Source of the DNA: Bugula neritina
Lineage: Eukaryota; Animalia; Bryozoa
Length of the DNA stretch: 64,000 bases
Reading direction: 5' to 3'
Assembly: GCA_964035545.1 (NCBI GenBank)
Contig: OZ037767.1
Location: 7,760,581 to 7,824,580 of the forward strand
The position numbers and the translations under genes were made by a program. Of this stretch, positions 26,526-40,087 are shown in pieces. The stretch's first letter is position 1. Every line of letters starts with the position of its first letter. The notes below the pieces were generated by a model. It made no database searches. It worked only from the letters and a program-made list of their open reading frames with translations, and had not been told where the DNA came from.

Positions 26526-27618
26526 TCTCTCATCTGTGCTTTATTAACATTCAGTGTAAAATGAACTAACAGAGAAAGAAGAAGAAGGAAGTTAGTCTGT
26601 AATAACATTTACCTAAGTAAACCTATTCAATTATATTCCTATATAATAGAGGAGGTGTTGTATTTAACCATTGTTACAAAGCAAGATTATGTTTAAATAG
26701 TTAAAAGGTTTTTGAATACACCAAGCTCATTCTTTCTTTTGCGACTCAATTGTATGAGTTGCCTGTATTAAATAAATACAATCTTCACAATTCTATACAA
26801 TCACCTTGTTTTTTATTTCTAAACTTGCTTTCTGTAATGCAAGCATATTAACTCAAGGGTATGTGTCAACTAACTAAAACAAGTTTTAGTAGCTAGTGTT
26901 GTTTTCACATGAAACGGTGTCTACAACAGTAGAATATAAACCAATTTTTTTTCCAGCATCCACCGATACCCAAATGTTCTAATTTATGACTACTGAGTAA
27001 AATTATAAACAGTTCTCTTTTTTTTTCAAAAGTGCAGTGATGTCTAGAGTATTAAACAAGTTTTGTGGCATCACAATACTGGTAGCTCTAGTGAAAATGG
27101 TTGTGAAAGACCCCAACAGTGAACACCATAATACCAATGAATTCAATGATCCCATTAAAGCTCCTGTTTATGCTTGCATGGGTGACATCACTCATCTACC
27201 TTGTGCTGACTATTAGATCTGTGGTTATGTCAGTGTGGTTTGGGTGACTGTTGTTTTTGCCCAACATTTGTCAGGCGATAATGATGCCTTGAGGTGAGTT
27301 AGTAAATGTTTACTATGTTTTTTCTTTTTCACCATCATTGTAGTGTTTTTAAGTGAGTCTATTTAACATATTTTTACTTCGTCCAGTAACAACAACAATA
27401 TTATGCATAATCTTTTGATAAACTTTGAGAATCGATTGGCAGCACTCTACACAGAACTGCTGTTCTTTATTAAACTGCTTTTCTGTATAATTTCCTGATT
27501 GTTTTGTATGCATAACCTGCAAATTGAAGCTAAACACTATTATCCATATTACATTATTTGAATATTTGGTTTTAGAGTAAAATATTTTATTCGTTCTCTT
27601 GTATGCGGATTTTTATCG

Positions 27619-27949
27619 ACATTACTTTAGTATTCAGCTAAACTTATCTATGTATATCATTTATATAATTGGTTTTATATTATATACATTTTCTAATTGT
27701 TTTCACCACAGTAAGTGCATAATCAAAGCTGATAAAACATAACGCAACGTGTGTTGTGAAATAATGCAAGCAGAAGCTGATTTGTTTTTACATTACTTTT
27801 ATTTTTAGCCAAATTTATCTTTACGTATATCACTTATATATAACCTGGTTTTATATTAAATTGTCCTGTTTTTACCATAGCAAGTGCATAATCAAAATTA
27901 ATCAAGTGCGTGTGTTGTGAAATAATGCAAATGGAAACTGCTTTGTTTT
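27619..27949. repeat. Two diverged tandem copies of a ~165 bp unit
   Basis: ACATTACTTT...AAGTGCATAATCAAA...GTGTGTTGTGAAATAATGCAA occurs at ~27619-27788 and again at ~27790-27949. Confidence 0.8.
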
Positions 27950-28142
27950 ATTTCATAAGTAATAATCCATGCAAAATGTTTGCTGTCAGTTGAAGACTAT
28001 AGATTGTGTCTCCTCATTTAATTGAGACTAATTATTTCTTTACACTATTATGCAGGAATATAGTTTCAAAGGGAAAGTCACAATGACAATAATTTTGATG
28101 ATCCAGAATAGTAGGACATTTTGGAATGAGAGCGGTAAATGA

Positions 28143-31100
28143 TTAATGTTTAATGGCACGTCTACTCTTGACTGCATCAACGTAGGAAAAAACCGGGCAG
28201 CGTGGTTGTGAAGCGTGACTAGGGCTTTTTACTTTCAGCGGATGAATCTCGTTTGTGATTCCGCCAAGGCAAAAGTTGAGATTTTCGTGGTGTTCACAAC
28301 TCTCACGTTTCTTTGCCTGTTTTCCCATACGAGACCTCGCTAGACTTTCATAACTGCCGCTTGTAACGCGGTCACGTACGAAGTCTCCAAGGCACGCAGG
28401 GGGTTGCCTAGTGTGTGGTCCTGGAGGCGTCGTCACTGTGGGAGGCGGTGTGCTCACCCGTGGATTGTTATGTCTCACGGGTGGTTTTTCAAGCCTGTTT
28501 GTGACGGTTGTTCCTACGTTGGTATCTCCGTACGGAGCCTCTCCCACGGGGGGTTTTTGCACTTCCGAACCCATTTCCAGTTCCGGAAGTGGTGGTGGTG
28601 GCAGGCTTGACACTGAGGGCGGTGGGCGCACTTCCAAGGACGGAAGTGGCCTTTCTTGCCTCGCCAAGTCTTCCTGAGGAGTCATGGGGGTGTTTCCGGT
28701 CAGGACGACAGTCTCCGCTTGCCAAGACCTTCTCGCACAATACGTCTGCCGCCGCGCTTCACCAGGGAGACGGCTATGCTTGTTGGTCTAGCAGATTTCG
28801 CACTGTCTCACTCTGCGCTGGATGTCCCGCTCCATGTTGGGCCAGTACCACCGGAGTTGTAGCTTGGTGACCACCCTCTGAACTCCTGCGTGAGTCTGCT
28901 GGTGGGTGTCCCGTATCAACCCCCGGCGGATGGCAGCTAGGCAGACGATTCTCTCCCTCGCTGGTTGTCTGTTGTTGTCGGCGAGAGTCATGGTCAGCAG
29001 AGCATCTGGCCCGATCCGCAGGGAGTTCCAACGTTGACAGTACAGCCGTAACTCGGCGCATCCCTGTCTTCGTTGTCTACCATTGGGTCGTCGCCCTTCC
29101 TGTTTCCCTCGGTACACGTTGGCTACCACCCCAGGAAGGCTTTCCTGGAGTTTCTGCAGCTCCCTAACGTTACCAGCCCATACAGGTTTGGCGCGGAGGC
29201 TCTGGACAGTCTCCGGGGGCGTGTCAGCCCTCTGTTGGAGTTGGCCCGGGTTCCGTGTTAGCAACGGGGACCGCGGGGGAACTCTGCTCTTCTTCTTCGG
29301 GTCCAACCTCCTCGTGGGCTGCCGGGTAGGGGCGGTCTCTGCCGCCCGTGGTACCTCACGCGGGCCGCTCTATTTAGGCGGGCGTCATAGTCTGTGTGGC
29401 GGGGCGCCTCACTGTACCGGTGTGGCAACTTGGCCATGGCATGGCGCTTTCCGTTGCCTGTATAGCCACGCGTCCCTGAAGGATGGGAGGCGTGGGTTGG
29501 GACTATCCTCCGCCCTTGAGACAGGCTCTGCCGAGGACCTTCCGTCGTAGCTCCCAACAACGGCCCAATGGCTCCCTCCTGGACAGGATGGAAGCGGCCC
29601 AGCATGGACCTGGGTGGTAGGTCTACCGTCTCTGAGGAGGGGTTGACGCACTGCACTGAGATCTCTCCTTGTTCCGTAAGCCGGCTAAAGCTATGGGCAA
29701 GTTAGATTCTTGAGTGCGTACTTTCGACAACTCCCAACCTAGAGGTCTGGCCACCGTCTACTTTGCGGCGGACGGTAGCCCGGGAGTGGCCTGGTATCGT
29801 ACAGCTCCGTACTACCTGCAATCCTCCCGCTAGAGGACGACCAAACTTATCGACACAGGCGAACTCCCTGTCGCCCATGATCATCGCAGATTTACTGAAA
29901 TCGATGCGACATCCGTGTCGTTGTAAAAATGGCATCCCGAGGATAGCATCCTCGTTGAGCTGTCCGACGATAAACGTCTCCTGGATGGCCTAGTTACGAA
30001 TGTAGCCATTCGGCTCAATAATGCCGTAGAAGGGAATGCACGACCCCTCTGCCAGGGTGCCATGATTCCCCTCATATGGTGCCAGACCGTCCCTGACCTT
30101 AGCGCTGAGGGTGTCAAAGAGCTGACGGCTAGAGAGGTTGGTGGTGCAGCCCGAGTCCAGAAGGAAGTTGGCAGGCTTGCTAGCTAGCTTTCCTTGCAGG
30201 AAGTAGCTACTTCTGTGTGGCTGCATCTGGAGGGGTCCACGATTGGCGACGACTATTGACCAGCTGTCGTTGGGGCGGTACGCCTTGCGGCGACCAGTTT
30301 GGATAGCATGTCAGTCATTTGTGCGACTTTCGATGCTACCGACATCTGGGTCACATTAGCTACCGCGGAGGGTTCCGCATTTGGTTCAGTATGAGCAGTA
30401 GTGTGCTCCGTGGCCACCTGGCGGGAGGCCACGCGGTTGCGGTGCATGTGAGTCGCCAAGAGGTAGGCTTCTCCCACCGCGAGTGCATCCTCGACGGTGG
30501 TGACTCCCCTCGCTTGGAACTGATGGTGGAGCCCCAAGTTGTTGATGGACTGCACGAAGGCATCATAAGTATACCTCTCACGGTTCACTTGAGGCAGATC
30601 CCGGAACGCGATCTGCGCCAGCGTCATCACCGTGGTAGCAGGCTCCTGCAGCGGCGTGTGAGGATCACGCCGCAGCTTTTGTAGGCGGGCCCGCGCATCT
30701 ATGGCGGAGATACCAAAACGGGCCCGCAGAGAAGCAAAGATCCCGTCTATGTCAGGTCCCGCTCCGTATGGCTTAGCCTTGTTCGTCAGCGCCATTCTGA
30801 GTTTGAGCAACGCCACCCTTGGTGGCCACCGTGCAACTTCAAGCACATCTTGGAATTCCTGGATAAATTGCTCTACGGCTTCCTCGCCTGTGATGGTGGG
30901 CGCCTTCAGACGGTTTCTATCATCACCGGGCTCTCTAGGAATTCTCACTTCTTCTAACACTACTGGTTCCACAGGTATATCAACATTATCTTCCTCACCT
31001 TCATTCAGTGGAATGGGTAGCTCCGTACCGTCTTGTGCCATGACTGTTATACGCAAGATCCCACCGCTGCCACCACTGTAGTAATTCTTGCAATTACTGT

Positions 31101-31357
31101 GCGTGATTTTTTTTACTCGCGTATTTAGTTAGCTATTCTACTAGCAATTACTAGGGTAGCTGTCGAGTAATTGTGTTTATTATCCACAATACAATACAAA
31201 ACAAACATTACATCAATTTACACTATAACATCAGTCACTACTAACACATGTTTCTACTTCAAGCCCTCGCTTAAAACAACGTGATCATTGCTAATTGCCC
31301 GAGAACTATCACATGAGTCGGAAGCAAATCTTCCGGTGCTGCTGATTGGTTACTACA
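28143..31357 (-). mobile_element. GC-rich Ty3/Gypsy internal-deletion derivative (5' LTR, PBS, gag, protease, integrase zinc finger and tail; RT/RH/IN core and 3' LTR missing)
   Basis: LTR 31077-31357 bounded by TGTAGTAA...TTACTACA (an alternative end lies near 31427). PBS TGGTGGCAGCGGTGGG at 31060-31075, tRNA-Leu type. gag ORF 30253-31056; protease FLLDSGCT in 29990-30226; integrase H2C2 motif THQQTHAG...WYWPNM..DI...VRQCEIC in 28788-29306. No YxDD found. Confidence 0.85.
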
Positions 31358-32342
31358 TAGGGGCCTTAGTATTCCCAGAATGGAGAGAGGACGATTCTCA
31401 TATTAGTACATTGCACGACTCACTACAATATGTAGTCTTAGTGGTTCAAGTGTTTTGAGTGGTTCGAGCGGTTCGAGTGTGCGTGTGCATGTGTGTTTGT
31501 GATATATTGTATAAATAATGTATATATTATTTATATATGTCAATGCAGGGGTGTTTGATGACAAATGAAGCGTGGAAAGACAAAAATAGTTACACGTGAA
31601 ATAAAGCTAGTCTAATTAATTTTATGCTGAACAGTTTAATAATATATTTGGCTTTCCTGTTTCCTTTTATAATTTGATATCTGTAGCTTGGAGACTTAGA
31701 AATGTTGTTAAAGAACTTATTTACTGAACATTTGGCTTATCAAACAATGCTTTTGATATACACCAAATTTTTTATATATGAAATTAAATTATGTTACAAT
31801 AGTTCAAGTAAATATCAAGAAAAAAATATGTTTGATGTACAAACACTAATTTTTTTAGCAATAAAAAATATATCTTGTCATTAATTACATACAATATGCT
31901 TTCTTTAGGTATCTGAGATTTAATATTCGTAGCAACAGAAGTTGTCTGTTCATAAAAAGCAACAAATACAGCACCAGCCAGCTAACAAGAAGCTGCTTGC
32001 TCTTAAATTGAAGCACAATTTGAAATGGTTGCTGTGTAAAGAGAAAGAGCTATTTATTAATGCTCACCTTGTTGCAATGAGGCAAAACTCTGGTGCATGT
32101 GGGTCATCACTGATACTTGTCCATTCTTATGTAAAATGCAAATGCTGCCGTAAATAAGTTTCCTTAGATTTTAAAAAAAAGTCACATTCTCTTTAAACTC
32201 AAATAACATAAACATAAGCCTATTTTAAACTCCAATTTTTCTTTTGTTGTAACAAAATTATGTTGAAAAATACTAATAATTTACAAGCAATGCAATATTC
32301 TGTTATGACATTTTCAAGTAATATTGTAATAAGAATAATATC

Positions 32343-34920
32343 AAGCAGTTCAAATGGGCGTCATTATAGGAAAATGAAAATTACTACTTTTTATTGCAGA
32401 AGTGGTTTATTGTAATTATTTGAGTCTAGTGTATTGTAGAGTTCTTGCACAAGTTGAGCATTTTCACCACAAGGTTTACTAAATTACACTGCTGAATAAT
32501 ACAATAGTAATAACATAGCATAATTACGTAGAAATAATAAATGCTTATGCTTACGTCACAGCCATAAAACCATTTTCACAACTTCAACTGCTGTTAGAAA
32601 AGTAAGGTAAAATTATACTAAAAAATACATGTCTAGCTCATTGACAACAGTTGACAACAAAATACTAGGATGCATCTAATAACCCCAATGACTCTTTTTA
32701 GAGCCACTATTTTAATTTCAAACAGTTATGTTCAAAATAAGTAACAATCATTGCAATTTTTTAAAAAAAAAAGGTAGGGGAAACCTGGGTGATATGGGCC
32801 ACTTAAGCCCACAGCCCAGACTGACTATGGTTGATTGAAAATAAGTATTTCAACATGTGGGTGCTATCTCTACTGACATACAAACAGAATTTGAAGCTCC
32901 TATACAGATGCTGGACTGAACTATGATTGAAAATTGGTGGACCATATCACCCGAAGATTTTTTAAAATTTCGGGTGATATGGGCCACCACAAACTCCGTC
33001 ACATAAAATCAGCTTTTTTGTGTTGAAAATGCATTTTGCTATGTTAAAAAGTAACTTAAAACAATAGATTTAAAATAAGTGTGTAACAGCTTCTTTTAGT
33101 GCCTCCTAACTCGGAGCATTTCAAATATTTTTGAAAGAATATCTTGGCATCCAAAATACATTGCATGAGTATGAATATTTCAAGCACACATTCTACAGCA
33201 ATTAGCTATAATGTTGTCTAATCAATATTTAGGAGTTTAATGCTTCATCATTGTTTAAAATACTTGAGAAATAGTATTATTTTTCTCCAAACAAGTATAT
33301 GAAAAAAAAAATTCAATTTACTGAGTGATATGGTACACGGTCCATATCACCCCCAAGTGGCGGTCCATATCACCCAGAAATCATGTCACCAAAAATTTTG
33401 AATTCCCACAGACAGAGAGTGGACAAGTATTATATATACTATTTGGGTATTTATACATACCTTCCACACATTATCTGTAGATACAGGCCCCTTACTTCAG
33501 GTAATTTTTTTCAATGAAAATATATCCACAAAAGTTGTGAAAAGTTATAAGAAAATGAGCAAAAAGAGAAAATGTGTCTTTATTTTCTAAGACAAAGAAA
33601 CAAGTTTGAAATATGTAGACGGGAAGTTAGATATTCCTATTTCTAAAGAATAAAACACTTTTCAACTTTCTGGTAACCTTGGATACTGCAAAACATGCAC
33701 GGTCCATATCACCCGGGTGGTTCATATCACCCAGGTTTCCCCTAATAATTTTACTAGAATTTTCAATTTTAATACTAAAACGAGTATATTGGCCCGAAAT
33801 TGTACTACAGAAACTGAAATCTGCTAATTTTTTAAAGTATGTTTGTAGAAAACATATTTAACTTTCTATTGATATGCATATTACCCTATATCATCTTATA
33901 AATATTAAGCAAAATATCAATTACTAATAAATGATAAGTTTATTTTAAATGGTCTGTGACAGCCGATAATGGTTACTGTATCAGCTGATAATTGTTGCTG
34001 CGTCAGCACGAATGCTGTTTGGCACAGTTGCCTATGTATTGTAATTCATTTAATAAAGAGTGAATGAATGGAGGACACAGACGCAAGCCACAACTCTATT
34101 TTTGTCTATTGCTAACAGTGTATTTTTTAAGATAGACTTAGGCTTGAACTAACACTCATACTCATGATACTCATACTTGTACTCATACTGTAACCTATAA
34201 CCATAAAAATTACAAAAATCTTGTTAACTTAACATTATTTACATAGCTGACAAAACATAAGTTAATGAAGTTCAAAACAAACGATAATATAATACTTGAT
34301 ACTTACAATTATTTGGACAATTAAGTATAGATCGCCTGCATTTTTAGCAGGAGGAAAATTGAGCTACACTGACTCATCGACCAAAAACTGTCAGTAAATA
34401 GCTATCGCGAAAGCTTTCACAAATAGCTTTCGTTACACAATGGTTTTTGGAAAACTGCCAAAAAACTACTGCAACATGGTCCCATAATTAAGGTCACCAC
34501 TGTATGATGACAATTACTATTAATTTACACACAATGCAATAAAATGTTTATTTTGCTATTGTGTTTTTAAAAAATATTGTGAAAAGGAATTTATTAAACA
34601 GTTCAAATAAGCATCATTATGAAAAAATGAAAACTTACTAATTTTAGTGCAGAGGTGGTTTATTGTAATTATTTGAGTGGTAATGTTTGTATAGTGCTAT
34701 CGTAGAGTTCTTGCACAAGCTGAGCTTAGTCAACACAAGGCTTACTAGATTACAGTTTCTAATTAATACAATGATAATAACAAAGTATATAATAATGTAA
34801 CAAATAGTATGCTTATGTATACATCACCCCCATAAAACAACTTCAACAATTATTCTAACTGCTGTTAGAAAAGTATGCTAAAATAATAATGAAAAGTAAA
34901 TATGTAACTCGTTGATACCA
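32343..34920. repeat. Dispersed direct repeat, ~310 bp (32343-32650 and 34596-34920)
   Basis: Both copies share GTGGTTTATTGTAATTATTTGAGT, TAGAGTTCTTGCACAAG and AACTGCTGTTAGAAAAGTA in the same order. Confidence 0.75.
32775..33744. mobile_element. MITE, 970 bp including probable TA target-site duplication
   Basis: Ends TAGGGGAAACCTGGGTGATATG (32775-32796) and CATATCACCCAGGTTTCCCCTA (33723-33744) are perfect inverted repeats. There are at least six internal CCATATCACCC-like sub-repeats. Confidence 0.88.
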
Positions 34921-36621
34921 CGTCAGTGTAATTCAAACTATTTAGTTTGTATTTATCCTTTCTGTTATAATGGTATGCTTGATGGTGTGTGACAGGATGG
35001 CGCTGAATTGTAATGTTTTACATGTTGATTTATTTGGTACAACTACTATGAATATAAAATGATAATAACACTTTGGAATCTAGCAACTAACTGACTCTTT
35101 AGCAATACCTACACAATTATTATATATAGATGCTGACTATGTCAATAATAAAGAAATGCATGATTCACATAGAAGTCATATATCTACTAATTATAGCTAA
35201 TAAGATGTGAACTCTATGTGACATTATAACACTTTCGTATAGCTGCTGATTTAGATATGCACTTTTATAATGTTGAATATGTTCTTGAAGTTTAGAAACA
35301 CTTAACTTCTCTGCAAGTGACAGTAATAAAATTTACTTATTGCTAAATGATTATTCATTTAGTAACAATCTATTTAGGAAGTAGTCTTTACTATGTATGA
35401 AATAGAATAATTGTCTCCACTGACAGAGTGATACAAAAAATATCAGATTTGATTTATCAACATTATGGAGATGCAGCAGCTGCACATTAATATGAAGGAA
35501 TTTCTAGTACTAAGATTTGAAATCGTTCTCTCACCGATTACTTATCTTCACCTTGTCGAGGGTCAAGGTGAAAGCTATGAGGTGACTAGTACTAAGAACT
35601 GCAAATCTTGCTTTCTCATTCGGTAGTTATGTTCACCTTGTGCATATTCAAAAGTTCTGAAAAGCAGACTGTTGTATTCTTTGTAAAACTAATGTTAAAC
35701 CATTGTTCTCACTCATAGATGTATAATTATTATGGTAAATGTAAGCGAATTGGAGTGTCAAAGCAAAAACCCCCACTTGCCAAGTGAGGGGAGAGAATAG
35801 AGAAGAGGGATTATACTCTGAATACTCTGCCACTATGTTCTTAGTTAGAAGATACAATTTAAGCCATTTCTGTGCATGAGCGCAGGCTGCCTATACACAC
35901 CATTTATACGTTGCACGCACAAAACATATAAGAATTTTTTATTAGAATAAAAAGCAATTTATTACATCATAACGTGAGTAATAACAAAAAAAGTTAAAAT
36001 TTCGAAGTGAATTAAAATTTGAGTTTTTTCTGTTAAATGGCGTAAAATTCAAGATGCATATAATTATATGTTTTAAAAATTTGAAAATGCTTATGTTAAT
36101 GCATTAGTAATAATTGTCAATATGTTTTAGTTTTAAATAATATAACATGCATGTTAGATGGAACAATAATTATTGTTCAATGAGCTACATAATAATTATA
36201 AACTTTTAAGCATAATTTGTATGTAACAAATTGAAAAGCGAAGTCTTTCTTTTATATATGAAAACATATTAATTTGTGTATATGGCAATCAATAATATTG
36301 TTATGTGTGTTGTAAAACAATTATCAAAGAATAACACAGATACATTATATTGTTTTGAACAATTAGTATAGATTAGTTAATATAAAATTCTATCCAAAAA
36401 GTGAAAATATAAAAACATGAAAGTTAAAAACTCAGTTGAGATATAATCACATTTATAAAATAACAATGATGCTTGCAATGTTAGATTTTTAGTATAAGTA
36501 ATAAAATAAAAGATAAGAGTGAAATGTAACTAGAGCTTACTGTGATGTTAGGAATATAATATAAGATACCATCCAATCATATTTTAGAACCTGCCCCCCT
36601 CCCCCTGCGTAGACACTGCGG

Positions 36622-39600
36622 CTAATTAAAGTTGGAATATTCAGCAAAGGAATCAGCATAGTTCTTCAGCACTTTGTAAATGAATAAGTAGTCGTCCTGT
36701 AACATGAGTTTCATCAGTTTTATGTTGATGTCCAGCAGTACAATTAGTAGTATTTAAACAATTTATTATAATATTATTATTCTTGGTTTAAAATATCAGA
36801 ATTAACAAATGAGCTTTCAAAAATTAGTGTTGATTTTGAAAAATGACAGGTTCTGAATGCAGCAAACGCATGATGGTTAGTAAATAGATGCCAAATTAAA
36901 CAAAAGAGTTTTTAAATAATTTCCTCAAATAATTGCATTGTAACTTAAAATGAAAAACAGTGCTCATTTTTAGGCGAAAAATATGTATTTTAAGCGATCT
37001 AAAACCACCTATCTAGCAGTTTAAAAAGTAAGAAGCACTTTTGAAATGACCAGCAGTAAAAATAGTGTTAAATTTTGTAAACTCTAAGGTGATAAAATTC
37101 TGGTTGACTAAATTGAATAGAAGGTAAACTAAGAACAAAATAAAAAAAAACACCTTTAACAGCAAACTGACAAAACTAAAATATTTGGAGTATACTTCAA
37201 CTCACAATTGTAGACACAAACTGAGGCCTTCTAGTCTTTGCCATCATAGTGGGACTGTACACATCAATCTCCTGCTCATTCTTTAACTTCTCAATAGCAT
37301 TAGAAGCACTGATGAATATTCCACATCTTTTACTGCCATCTCTAAACAATAAAGGATTGAAATGAAATTTTCAAAAATAATAAAAGCAGTATGTGTTGTT
37401 TACTAATATTATATTTTAGTGTGGCCCAACATTTTACAAAAGTTATGTTTTTTATATCTAAAAAATAAAAAGCGGCAAATAAATTATAACAAAACTTACA
37501 AGCAAGTCACACAAGTTTTCTTGCTGCCGTCAGTCTTTTTAAGAATGTCTTCTACAGCGCCACACAAAGAGAGAATAGCTTCTCCTGTAGGATACTGCTC
37601 TGTTGTATCACGCCATGCTTTAATTTGAAGAATGAAGATAGACTTCTCCAACTAGCAGGTAAAGAAATAGTATTAACAATGCATCAAAAGCATATAGCAT
37701 TTATAGCATATAGCCAAGCCAATCACAATTTTTTAAATCTTCATCCAACATGCGTGAAACTAATTTTCCTTTAGTGCCTTTAGATGAGAAACTAGTAACA
37801 ACTAATGCAGTTAAATCATTTTGATTAATGAAACTACATATGAAACATGAATGGAGCAAAAAAATATTGAGAAATACTCAATATACTTCTATTCAAAGCT
37901 ATATTATCACTTAAAACATGAATATACTAGCATGCTGTTTAATCTATAAAAAAAATTGAAAAATGATATCTACTTTATCAATGAAGTGGATGATTAGCAG
38001 TGTATAGTTGGACCATTTTACAGTGCAGTATAAAGCATTTATTTCATTATCTATACTTGATTATATATATTCCCACTTGTGATGTTTGAATCTTCAATGG
38101 TATTATTCTGACGTGCTCTTTTTCTTCAGCAGTTCCTCTAACCAGAGAATGAAAGGAAGTTGAAAGTGTAGCCAAGTCAGTCATTGGAAAGAAAGGCATC
38201 TGAATTATATTATCAACATATTCTATAACATTATCATACTGGTATACTTATATGGCTATAAGAGTTACTGCGCAAAGTATATTGTCATACATGTAATATG
38301 AATATATGTTTTTTTCAAACAGCTATAGTACTACTAGTTTGTTAAGGTAGATTGCTAAGAAAATAAAAGCTTTATTGGTTGTGAGCCATTGTGTGGCTTA
38401 GCCAGCATCACAGTGTCAGAAGTTGCCCTTTCTATGCATATCTGCTGTTGGCATTAATTTGATTTAATTATTCTCCTTTCAATTAAAATTTAGAAACATT
38501 GAAGTATGTAATACTAATAAAAGCAGCACCTATAGCTTGATCTCCAAACATGTGAGTAAGCAGTATATAATCATTGTATACCAGTAGCAACAAACCTAAA
38601 ACTAATTTACCATAACTTCTATCATGAATAAATGAGTGTAATTATAATTGATTTTTTTAACCTTTATTAGAAAGGAGACAGGACAAAGCTTTCCCTAGAG
38701 ACTAGAAAAATGTTGATGAGATTATGATATGTATTCAAACATTTGTTAATAAAGGCATGTAGATGTGTTATTATTGGACAAATCTTACCTCTGCATGCTC
38801 CAACTGAACAATCACTTTAACATCTTGCTCAATGATCAGTTGCCAAAAGTTGCTCAGTGTATTTGATAGTGGGAGTTGAGTTGCAATAAATTGGTGCTTG
38901 CATGTGTAAGACTACAACGAAATGCATAAAATCCATAATAACCATCGGTAAAATAAATTCTTACTATATATACAAATTTGATTAACTTCTATATTCCATG
39001 TTTTCTTTGTGTTGAGAAAAAATTTTAGAGAGGAAATAAATATTTATCTTGCTTTTAAAAGCTTTAATTAAAACTAAAGAGGTAAATAAAAAGTTAAATT
39101 GTATTAGGAAATTTTTTCAGAATAAAAGACATTTACAAAAACCCATTCAATATGTCATTATGTAACTAGGTTTATTATTTTTAAAATGTTTGCAATAAAC
39201 TGCAAAAAAGCAGTTTATATGTATTAGTAATAACTAAATTCATTGTGAGCTTGAGGAATTAAAAATTAGAGCATGCAGAAAAAATGCCAACGCAAATAAT
39301 TTACATATTATGCTGCAATAATGTTGAACCTTGGTGTTGTTAGAACCAGTACAATTATATGGCTTGATAATTCTATAAAACTTAAAATTAATTTGGTTCA
39401 AAATTAAGCAAGGTCAAGCAATAACCATTTATTGTCAGACATAAGCGTCTAAGCCTTTTAGCCACTATTAAAAAGTAATAAATGACATACAATATATTTA
39501 GATTACTATTCAAAGAATTTACACTTACGTCTACAAACACAGCATTTATGTATAATCCTTGTCCGCTAGTAAGGAAGGCCATGTACTTGTCACCTACAAA

Positions 39601-40087
39601 AAATAAAATTCATGATTTTAAAATTACATAAGCACTTACTCTGGTTATATTATCTAATTCTTTGAGCCAACATAGAAAATTTGTATTTCTCGTTGGTGTA
39701 ATAACGCATTAATTTACCATACTATACTGCTTACACATTTGTTAAAAAGCAAACTAAATATTTATTCTTAAAAAAGACTGAATTATTTGTAGCTCTTCAA
39801 CTGACTACAAAAGCTAACTCTGCAACTCAAGTTGATATTTATTCAAATATTGCACATCATATCATTTTCTAAAAATATTCATCTATGCCCTAAAAAAAAG
39901 CACACTATATTATTTTCCACATTCATAAAATATTGCATGTAGAATTGAGTACGGCACGTTTTAGCCAAATTTTGTTATAGACACACTTACAAGGAAGGAT
40001 GTCAGGGAACCTGTTCTTTCTTAAGTTGTCTTCTTCGTGAGCTATGATGTACTTGAACTGCATACTTTGAAGGCGACTTTCCATGTG
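36622..40087 (-). CDS. Gene B PTP D2 (membrane-distal, degenerate) domain
   Basis: Motifs [33 protein letters not shown] (in place of WPD), TCLDGSKRCG and RRPQFV. The protein ends ...FAEYSNFN*. Confidence 0.85.

Noticed and set aside
35546-35571. 9-bp hairpin TTCACCTTG...CAAGGTGAA as a Helitron end
   Set aside because: No other Helitron hallmarks could be tied to it, and the stem is too short to call.
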